This document shows positions 10,685 to 18,874 of a DNA stretch of 64,000 bases, piece after piece. The stretch comes from Opitutales bacterium (GTDB lineage: Bacteria; Verrucomicrobiota; Verrucomicrobiia; Opitutales; UBA2987): assembly GCA_965226885.1 (NCBI GenBank), contig CBDDEL010000017.1, positions 831,739 to 895,738 on the forward strand. Reading direction: 5' to 3'. A program made the translations under genes and the position numbers. Within the stretch, counting starts at the first letter, position 1, and every line of letters starts with the position of its first letter. Under the pieces are notes generated by a model, which was not told the DNA's origin, made no database searches, and was given only the letters and a program-made list of their open reading frames with translations.

Positions 10685-10752
10685 ATGTCTTTCCGGTAAT
10701 TTTCACAGAAAGACTCTCACTGGCAATGGCCGTGTTTTTGGCGGTCACATCA

Positions 10753-11018
10753 CCTCGGCACCTGTGCGCGGCAAGTGTTGCACGAACTGGAAAATCTACG
10801 CTCAATGGACGTGGTGGCGCCGCTGCGAGGGGGACGCGAAGCGCGTTTACGGCTGGTAGGCAAACCGGAAAAACTCTGTGCCGACCTCCTCAAGAAAATG
10901 GGCCTAAAACTGCCCACCCGCCCAAGAATCATCTAGAATGTAGTGCAGACTAACGGCAAAAATTAATCCCGAATCCGCATAGATAAGCCCTTTAACTTTT
11001 TGAACTGTCGAAGATGGG
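10753..11018 (+). pseudogene. IS1634-like transposase C-terminal remnant with terminal sequence
   Basis: LGTCARQVLHELENLRSMDVVAP...RLRLVGKPE...LGLKLP; ends AACTGTCGAAGATGGG. Confidence 0.6.
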
Positions 11019-11299
11019 TTAACGTACTATTATCGTCAAGCCGCTTAAAAACAATGGTTTACAGATGTGGGCTGATTTTTTTGACCCTACACACCTTTCG
11101 TGGTCCGGGCGAACGAATTCGTCAATGGGATCAAATCCTGGCCTGAGAAAATGGTGAAGCCGCGAACAATTATCCATTTGCCCAGACACAGAGTTGCATA
11201 AGAAATACTTATGCTGCGCATGTATATAATTAGAACAGCAATAAATAATAATTTAATGTTGACATAGCGTGATGCGAAACCAACGTATATAATAATTAT

Positions 11300-12623
11300 C
11301 GCAGTTGTCCGGTTAACCTGAATTTAAAACTTTGTAAATCGTTAATTTTTATAAACTTGTGAGTTATTTTTAGTGTGACGCATTTGAACTTCCATCAATT
11401 TCACTATATTTTGGGGTATAAATTCTGTATCTTGTTGATCATGAATCAACAACGTATGGTTTTCTCCCAAATTTTTGACCTTTTGCATCGTGAACAGTTT
11501 CAACGATGCGTCAAACGCTATAGTGGGGACAAGCGTGTCCGTTCCTTTTCCTGCCGGGATCAATTCTTGTGCATGGCCTTCGCTCAATTGACTCGACGTG
11601 AAAGTCTCAACGATATCGTTACCTGTTTGTGTGCCCATAGTGACAAACTCTTTTCTATGGGCATTCGCAGTAATATCGCCAAGAGTACTTTGGCCGATGC
11701 CAATGAACAACGCAACTGGCGCATCTATGCGGACTTGGCATACGTGCTCATTAAAAAGGCTCGCAGGCTCTATGCCGATGAAGCGTTGGACTTTGAACTC
11801 GAAGAGACCGTTTATGCTTTAGACGCCACGACCATTGACTTGTGTTTGAGCCTCTTTCCATGGGCCCATTTTCGTACAACCAAAGCGGCGGTAAAGCTGC
11901 ACACGCAGATCGATTTGCGCGGTTCGATTCCGACCTTTATCGAGATCACTCCGGGAAAAGTTCACGACGTAAACATGCTTGATGCCCTTGTTCTTGAGCC
12001 TGGAGCCTATTATGTGCTTGATCACGGCTATGTCGATTTTGCCCGCTTGTTTCTCTTTAGCGAAGCGATGGCCTACTTTGTCATCCGCGCCAAAAGCCAT
12101 TTGAATTATATACGTTTGCGTTCCCTCAAAGTAGTCCACGGCAGTGGTGTTTGCAGTGACCAAGTAATTCACTTTAGAGGATTCTATGCCTCCAAAGATT
12201 ATCCCCAGAAGCTCAGGCGTATACGCTTTTACGATGCAGATAACGGTAGGCATTTCATCTATTTGACCAATAATTTTACCCTTCCAGCCTTGATTATCTG
12301 CCAGATGTATAAAGGGCGTTGGAAAATCGAATTGTTTTTCAAGTGGATTAAGCAGCACTTACGGATCAAAAAATTCTTTGGCACTTCGCCCAACGCAGTA
12401 AAGACGCAAGTATGGATTGCCATCAGTGCTTACGTGTTGATGGCGATCCTAAAAAAACAGTGGCAATTGGAATTGAGTCTTCACCGAATATCACAGGTAT
12501 TGAGCTTGAGCGTTTTTGAAAAAGTCCCTCTCTATGAACTACTTACAAAACCGGATCACAGCAGTGCGAGCAGCGATCACTCTAACCAGTTGACCTTCAA
12601 CTACTTTTAACCGGACACTACTG
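11300..12623 (+). mobile_element. IS4-family element
   Basis: 17-bp imperfect TIR ending TGTCCGGTTAA; 9-bp TSD AATAATTAT. Confidence 0.9.
11441..12610 (+). CDS. IS4 transposase (DUF4372 + DDE)
   Basis: QFLCMAFAQLT, DATTIDLCL, YKGRWKIELFFKWIKQHL. Confidence 0.9.
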   Translation: MNQQRMVFSQIFDLLHREQFQRCVKRYSGDKRVRSFSCRDQFLCMAFAQLTRRESLNDIVTCLCAHSDKLFSMGIRSNIAKSTLADANEQRNWRIYADLAYVLIKKARRLYADEALDFELEETVYALDATTIDLCLSLFPWAHFRTTKAAVKLHTQIDLRGSIPTFIEITPGKVHDVNMLDALVLEPGAYYVLDHGYVDFARLFLFSEAMAYFVIRAKSHLNYIRLRSLKVVHGSGVCSDQVIHFRGFYASKDYPQKLRRIRFYDADNGRHFIYLTNNFTLPALIICQMYKGRWKIELFFKWIKQHLRIKKFFGTSPNAVKTQVWIAISAYVLMAILKKQWQLELSLHRISQVLSLSVFEKVPLYELLTKPDHSSASSDHSNQLTFNYF

Positions 12624-12676
12624 AATAATTATAATTATTTATTACCTAATGTGATATCTAGATATGTATATTAAAT

Positions 12677-15600
12677 ATGTATATTAAATTTTTATTTGTA
12701 TTTATCGCAGGAATATTGGGGATGTGGAGTGTTTCCGGTGCCGCAGAGATACGCGGACGGGTGATGGATCCTGACGGGAAGAGCTACCTGCAGGGAGCGG
12801 AAGTAAGATTGGGGGAGATTGGGAGAACCGTACAAACTCAGAGAGGGGGTAGTTTTGTTTTTAGAGGTATAGATCCGGGGAAATACCTACTGGTAGTGAA
12901 ATACATAGGATATTCGAACCACACCCAATGGGTGGAGATCAGCGCTGAAGAAGAGAAATTGTCGGTTTTCGTGACTATGCCGAAGGAGCAGATACTTGAA
13001 TTGGAAGGGTTTGAGGTAACAGGAACAAGGACTGGCCAAGCGAAAGCCTTCAATCAGAGGAAGTCCGCTTCCAATTTAACAGAGATTATTGCTTCGGATG
13101 CATTCGGCCAATTCGTCGACCGCAACCCGGCAGAAGCTCTTCAACGAGTCGTTGGTATTTCGGTGCAGGAGGACCAGGGAGAGGGCAAATTTATCATTAT
13201 GCGTGGAGCCGATCCGTCCCTCAATACAATCGCTGTGGACGGTGTGGTCTCGGCGACACCTGAAGAAGATGGACGATCCACCGGATTGAATATCATATCA
13301 ATCGATCAGTTGGAAAAAATCGTAGTTCAGAAAACCTGGCTGCCCGATAATTGGGCGCATTTTATAGGCGGTTCGGTCAATCTGGTCACCCGGAGCGCCC
13401 TAGACCGGGAGGGATCATACATCGGGTTTGAATACGCGGGGGGGCAATATGAGGCTTCTGAAGAGAGCAGCCGCCGGTTGAGCGCCACCTATAGCAATTC
13501 GTGGGGGGAGAAGAAGAGAATCGGTCTTTCGCTTTCGTTTGACTGGAGCGAAGATAATCGAGGTTCGGACACTCTCAATGTGGATGGCTGGAATCCTGAT
13601 GCCAACCCGGAATTGAAATCGCCGAAACAGGGATTTGTGCTCGAGGGGATGCAACTTGAAGACTTCCTTATCAAACGAGAGCGGATAGGAATCAGTTCCA
13701 AATTTGAATTTGAACTCAATGAAAACCACCGCTGGTTTGCCTCGGTTTCGTATAATCAGTTTGATGATGACGAGGTATTACAGGAAACCCACCTCAACCC
13801 GACCAACTCAGGGGAAGCCTACACCGGAGCGGCCACTCTGACGGAGGAGCGCGCGCTGGCCCTGGGCTATGACTTGAACGATCCTGAAATCAAGGCCCGG
13901 GTAGAGGGGGGCAGTCTTGAAGAGCGCCGACTGTCCCTTGATGAAGCCATTCAACTGGGGACGATTGCCTACGATGAAGAATCCCAGACTTACACTTCAA
14001 TTGACCAGGAGAGCGATGCCCAGAAGACCCTGCAAACGACGGTGACCGAAGACAGTATCCTGACCTACCAGGCTGGAGGCGAGCATCAGCTTTCGGACGC
14101 TCTATCGATCGATTATATGGTTTATCGATCGGAGGCTGATAAGAACTGGAATGAGCGCCAGCTTCAACTTGAAGCAGAAGATTTTGATTTAAGAATGATG
14201 GTTGTGGACGGGCGGCCGGTCATAAGAGATAAAGGTGATAAACTGAGCAAAACTGAAATATACCGCATTTCGGATAATGAGGGCTTCAATTCGAATCTGG
14301 GCTCAATTGAGAACAACTTCTTCATGAGCGACGATAAACGGTCGGGGGCGAAAATCAATGTCGAACTGGAAAGTAACTGGTTCGGGCTGCAATGGAAAAC
14401 GAAAGCGGGTTGGGCGGTCGATATTCGCGACAAGGCATTCATTAGAGACTTCAATCAATTCAGCCGGGTGGATACAGGTGGCCAGGGCGTTCTCACGCTT
14501 GCCGATGAGCCTTTTTTCGGGGGGGAGCTTTCCGGATTTCTTCCTGATTATGGCGATGCTGAGGATTACCCGTTCGGCCCCCAGTTCGATGCGGCGGCAA
14601 CACAGGCCTTTATTGGCGACTCCGGTGATATTAAGTTTGTTCAAACCGACGATGACCTGACCCTGGCTATAACCGATGCGATCCTGAAAAATTTTGAAGC
14701 CGAAGAAAATATTACGGCCGCCTATCTGATGCAGACGCTGAACTGGAAAGACTGGGAATTCATCGTCGGCTTTCGCTGGGAACAAACGAAAAACACATTC
14801 ACCACGAATAGAGTCAATACGCAGCGGGATGAACTCCCCGAGGATGTTCAAGCGGTTTTGCCGGCTTCATTCCAGTTTATCCAACCGAGATTCTGGAGTA
14901 GTTTATTCAATAATTTTGGAGAGGAATCCGTAATCCGAAGCATTAAGAGCGAGCGCACCTATGATAATGCGCTGTATGCCTTTCACGTTAACCGTCGAAT
15001 TGGAGACAACTGGGTAGCCCGGGCAGCTATTACGAAGACGATTGCGCGCCCCAAATACACGGATCTGGTTCCGCGGGAAATCGTCGATATTTCGGGCGCC
15101 CGGTTCACAGACAACGCGGAGCTTCCCGCCTTTGAATTGAAACCGATGACATCGGTTAATTTTGATGCTTCGGTCAGTTACTATTTCAAGAGTTTCGGCC
15201 TGGTCAGCGTGGCCGTTTTTCATAAGAAACTCGACGGCCCCGTCTACGATGAGATCCGGACTCTGGGTCCGGCTGATCCTCTTGCCCAGGAGTTGACCGC
15301 ACGCTATTTCTCAAACCCGTTGGAGTCGCCTGAATGGAATACCGAGCGCAAGACCAATGCAGGTTCCGGCACGCTTACGGGGATGGAGATCAGCTTCGAA
15401 AAACGTTTCACCAAACTACCCTCCCCCTTCGATGGGCTGGGGCTGCAAGCAAACGCCACCTTTATTGATTCCGAGGTTGAACTGTTGGCGGAGCAAAGAG
15501 AGGGAGAAAAAGTCCCTCTCTTCCTCCAGTCCGATAAAATAGCCAACGTCTCCCTGTCCTATGAGAAGTATAAGTTTTTTGTCAGATTAAGCTGGGTCTT

Positions 15601-15883
15601 CCGCGGAAAATACCTGGATGATTCGATTGTGGCCGGTGATTTAATAGTGGATCTTGAAAACAAACTGAAACTTCCGGCCAACAGCCTGGATACCTGGGTT
15701 AACGATTTCTCGCGTTTGGACCTCCTGGTGGAATACCGCCCCTTCGACTGGATGGTACTGTTTCTTGAGGGTGCCAATATTTTGAACGAGCCTTTGGAAA
15801 AATTCCATGGCGTTCCTTCGCGGCTTGCTTCCATCCAATTCACCGAGCCCTTGTACTTTATCGGAGTAAAATTTTCTCTCTAG
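12677..15883 (+). CDS. TonB-dependent receptor with N-terminal carboxypeptidase-regulatory-like domain
   Basis: Signal peptide; plug motifs NPAEALQRVVGIS, GEGKFIIMRG, IGGSVNL; barrel motifs GFRWEQT, TIARP; terminal YFIGVKFSL. Confidence 0.92.
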   Translation: MYIKFLFVFIAGILGMWSVSGAAEIRGRVMDPDGKSYLQGAEVRLGEIGRTVQTQRGGSFVFRGIDPGKYLLVVKYIGYSNHTQWVEISAEEEKLSVFVTMPKEQILELEGFEVTGTRTGQAKAFNQRKSASNLTEIIASDAFGQFVDRNPAEALQRVVGISVQEDQGEGKFIIMRGADPSLNTIAVDGVVSATPEEDGRSTGLNIISIDQLEKIVVQKTWLPDNWAHFIGGSVNLVTRSALDREGSYIGFEYAGGQYEASEESSRRLSATYSNSWGEKKRIGLSLSFDWSEDNRGSDTLNVDGWNPDANPELKSPKQGFVLEGMQLEDFLIKRERIGISSKFEFELNENHRWFASVSYNQFDDDEVLQETHLNPTNSGEAYTGAATLTEERALALGYDLNDPEIKARVEGGSLEERRLSLDEAIQLGTIAYDEESQTYTSIDQESDAQKTLQTTVTEDSILTYQAGGEHQLSDALSIDYMVYRSEADKNWNERQLQLEAEDFDLRMMVVDGRPVIRDKGDKLSKTEIYRISDNEGFNSNLGSIENNFFMSDDKRSGAKINVELESNWFGLQWKTKAGWAVDIRDKAFIRDFNQFSRVDTGGQGVLTLADEPFFGGELSGFLPDYGDAEDYPFGPQFDAAATQAFIGDSGDIKFVQTDDDLTLAITDAILKNFEAEENITAAYLMQTLNWKDWEFIVGFRWEQTKNTFTTNRVNTQRDELPEDVQAVLPASFQFIQPRFWSSLFNNFGEESVIRSIKSERTYDNALYAFHVNRRIGDNWVARAAITKTIARPKYTDLVPREIVDISGARFTDNAELPAFELKPMTSVNFDASVSYYFKSFGLVSVAVFHKKLDGPVYDEIRTLGPADPLAQELTARYFSNPLESPEWNTERKTNAGSGTLTGMEISFEKRFTKLPSPFDGLGLQANATFIDSEVELLAEQREGEKVPLFLQSDKIANVSLSYEKYKFFVRLSWVFRGKYLDDSIVAGDLIVDLENKLKLPANSLDTWVNDFSRLDLLVEYRPFDWMVLFLEGANILNEPLEKFHGVPSRLASIQFTEPLYFIGVKFSL

Positions 15884-15912
15884 CCTAAACTTAATCTAAA
15901 CCCAAAATCATC

Positions 15913-18678
15913 ATGAAGCAAAAAAAGTTAAAAATTAATCATCTGCTTGGTCTCGCCGCCATGCTGATCAGTCTTGGATTCAATCCGAATCTAATTGCAC
16001 AAGTAGTAGTCTTCTCGGAAAGCTTTGAAACCGACGGAAGCGCGGCCACCGGCGATGGCCGCTACACGGTTGAAAACCCAAGTGACGATGGAGAAAACGA
16101 CTATTTTAATCGCCGCGAGGAAACTTCCATCGGGAACCTTGTCCGCGGAGGCGCCATCGACGGAGATTGGTTCTGGGGCGCCAGGGATATGGATGGCGAC
16201 GGCACCGCCGTTGGTGACCTGCAAGCGGACGAAGGACGGGTCACCTGGGAGCCATTCAGTATTTCCGGTGTTGCAAATTTTGTGCTCACAGCGGCCTTCG
16301 GTCAGATGGCCAATGAAGTCGAGTTTGATAACGTAATAGCGCTGCAGTATAGAGTAGATGGAGGAGAATGGCTGACGATGGGAGGTTTTCGCGGGACTTA
16401 CACGAACTCCCCGGGACGGTTTTTTGTCGGGGATTTGCGCACCTTGCCTCCGAACACAAACCCTCGCGTGACGCGGACATTCGTCGAGTACTCGTGGGAT
16501 ATCTTTGCCATCGGCGATACGATGCAGTTCCGCATCTTCGTCAATGCCAACGGAAGTACTGAAAATTATGCTATCGATAATATCGTTATCACCGGCCAAT
16601 CCGGTTTGGCCTCCCTCGGTCTTTCGACCAGTTCGCCTACCTTGCTGGAGACTTCCGGAGCCGGCGGATTTACGATCGATTTCAACTTGGACCAGGCGGC
16701 CCCCGCCGGGGGATTAACCGTGAGCTTATCCGATTCGGATGCCGATGACAGCGAGTTGGATATCCCTTCCGAAATCGTTATACCTGAAGGGCAGACCAGT
16801 TTCAGCCTTCCTGTCGATGTTATAAATGATGGACGATTCGATGGCGACGAACTGGTTTTCATCTTTGTTGCTGCCCCCGGCTTTGCCCGCGAAGCGCCGC
16901 AGGTAACCATACTCAATTTTGGGAACAAGCCCAACCTTGTTATGACCGAGGTTTATCCCACGCCGAATCGGGATTTTCCGGAAACCGATTCCAACCAGGA
17001 CGGCGTTGCGCATAACACCAATGACGAGTTTGTTGAAATTGTTAACCTGGAGGATTTCGCGGTCGATGTCTCGGGATGGCCCGTGACGGACAATCTGGGC
17101 CCCCGTCACATTATGCCCGAGGGCACGGTCCTGAACCCAGGACAGGCGGTTGTCGTCTTTGGCGGCGGTGACCCCACGGGTGTTTTCGGAGGCGCCATTG
17201 TGTTGACTGCCTCCACCGGCAATATCGGCCCGAGTACTGAGGGAGATACGATGACTCTGGTGGCCGGCGGAGTTGGCGGCGCTCCCGTTACCAGCTTTAC
17301 TTACGAGGGTGAAGTCGGGACGAGTGAACGCTCCGGGGTCCTCGCCAACGAGGTAGACGGCGCCGTCGTGGATATCCAAACCATTACCGGTGAAGGAGGC
17401 GCGATCTTCACCCCGGGGGTTCGCAACGATGGATCGACCTGGGAAGACTTCACGAATAAAGTAATCCTCAATGTCCTCGAAGTTACCGTCACTGAAGATG
17501 GCGACGCCATCACCGCGACGTTGACCTTGGAAAGTGCTGGTAGCGAGCTGATCAACATCTTTGTCAGTGGGAAAAATGCTGATGAAGTGACTATCGAACC
17601 ATCATCCCTTACGGTAACAGAAGCGGGAGCGACGATCACCATTACGCCAGTCAATGATGGTGTTCTCGACGGCGATCGCCTAGTGCGTCTGTTTGCCGGC
17701 GCCTCAGGGATATTCCCGGATGTGGCGCGTCTGACCGTTACCGATGTGAGCGAGGACACTTTCGACCTAGTGATCAATGAGGCTCTCTCCTCTGTGGTCG
17801 GAACCGGCGCGGACCCCAATAACAATGGTATCATTGAAGAACCGGTCGCGGATTTATTCATCGAAATCGTCAATGCGTCCGATAGCCAGGTCAACTTGGG
17901 CGACTGGCAATTGGACGCCTATTATGATGTAAATCTTAGAGGCGCTGAACTCGTGCACGTCTTCCCCAATCCCACTGTGCTTGCGCCCAATGGATCGATT
18001 GTTATTTTTGGCGACGGAGATGTCGCCGCGATGAACGCAGCCCCCCCTGAGATTTTTGGGAACGCGCTCATTCAACTCGCCAACCGTGGAGGAAATGGTG
18101 TCAACCTTCCCACCGGTGACGGAGGAATCATTGCCTTGAAAACGCCGTTTGGCTTCGAAGAGGACACTGTATCCTACAATATTGATATTGCCGATCAAAG
18201 CATGAGTATAACGCGCGATCCGGATATTACGGGTGATTTCGGCGCTTTGCATTTTGATGTTTCTACTGCATTCGAGTTCTTTTCTCCTGGACGCAGGCTC
18301 GATGGCACAGCCTTCCCGGGCAATGGAGCCATCGCACTGGACGTGTTCGGCGGCGTCGATATTACCGGGTTCCCGGGATGGAAGGCCTCCTCCTGGTATC
18401 TGAACTACAATGTGGATTTCCTGCCCTGGATTTTCCACGACGAGCACAGCTGGCAGTTTCTCGATTCAGGCAGTACTGTGGATGTGATATTCTTATTTGA
18501 TCTGGGCTTAAACAACTGGATATTTGTAAATGAGGCCGCTTATCGGTGGATATACCTTTTCGGGCCCGAAATAGGCTGGATCTTTACCTTCAGCGACAAC
18601 ACGCCCGGCAGTCGTTTTTTCCAAAGGCTCGACGATGGCAGTCTGTTCAGCGTCCCTGCTGGACTGCCAACAAATTAA
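15913..18678 (+). CDS. Secreted acidic protein: two lamin-tail-like domains, Calx-beta-like repeats, Trp-rich C-terminal domain
   Basis: LVMTEVY..DEFVEIVN..VDVSGW and LVINE..FIEIVN..VNLGDW; VINDGRFDGD / VNDGVLDGD; signal peptide. Confidence 0.8.
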   Translation: MKQKKLKINHLLGLAAMLISLGFNPNLIAQVVVFSESFETDGSAATGDGRYTVENPSDDGENDYFNRREETSIGNLVRGGAIDGDWFWGARDMDGDGTAVGDLQADEGRVTWEPFSISGVANFVLTAAFGQMANEVEFDNVIALQYRVDGGEWLTMGGFRGTYTNSPGRFFVGDLRTLPPNTNPRVTRTFVEYSWDIFAIGDTMQFRIFVNANGSTENYAIDNIVITGQSGLASLGLSTSSPTLLETSGAGGFTIDFNLDQAAPAGGLTVSLSDSDADDSELDIPSEIVIPEGQTSFSLPVDVINDGRFDGDELVFIFVAAPGFAREAPQVTILNFGNKPNLVMTEVYPTPNRDFPETDSNQDGVAHNTNDEFVEIVNLEDFAVDVSGWPVTDNLGPRHIMPEGTVLNPGQAVVVFGGGDPTGVFGGAIVLTASTGNIGPSTEGDTMTLVAGGVGGAPVTSFTYEGEVGTSERSGVLANEVDGAVVDIQTITGEGGAIFTPGVRNDGSTWEDFTNKVILNVLEVTVTEDGDAITATLTLESAGSELINIFVSGKNADEVTIEPSSLTVTEAGATITITPVNDGVLDGDRLVRLFAGASGIFPDVARLTVTDVSEDTFDLVINEALSSVVGTGADPNNNGIIEEPVADLFIEIVNASDSQVNLGDWQLDAYYDVNLRGAELVHVFPNPTVLAPNGSIVIFGDGDVAAMNAAPPEIFGNALIQLANRGGNGVNLPTGDGGIIALKTPFGFEEDTVSYNIDIADQSMSITRDPDITGDFGALHFDVSTAFEFFSPGRRLDGTAFPGNGAIALDVFGGVDITGFPGWKASSWYLNYNVDFLPWIFHDEHSWQFLDSGSTVDVIFLFDLGLNNWIFVNEAAYRWIYLFGPEIGWIFTFSDNTPGSRFFQRLDDGSLFSVPAGLPTN

Positions 18679-18715
18679 ATTAAGTCTTGGGTTAGCATAT
18701 AGGTATGCACTGAAA

Positions 18716-18750
18716 AGGTGGGCACGCTACATGGCGTGCCCGCCTTCTCT
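18716..18750 (+). terminator. Rho-independent terminator-like hairpin
   Basis: AGGTGGGCACGC-loop-GCGTGCCCGCCT followed by a pyrimidine tract. Confidence 0.65.
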
Positions 18751-18874
18751 TCTGCATTAAATACAACTGTGTAGAATTATTATATTTAAGAAAACCACTC
18801 TCTTTCATTTATTCGTATTCCTCTACTTTGCCGCAGGAACCCAAATTCTGCTGCACGGGCAAGATGCAGACCTT

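Larger units (their letters stand above)
9468..10752 (-). mobile_element. IS3-family element (IS407-like), apparently intact
   Basis: TIRs TGATCGGACCCC / TGATGTGACCGCC; orfA and orfB overlapping at an A7 slippery site. Confidence 0.9.
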
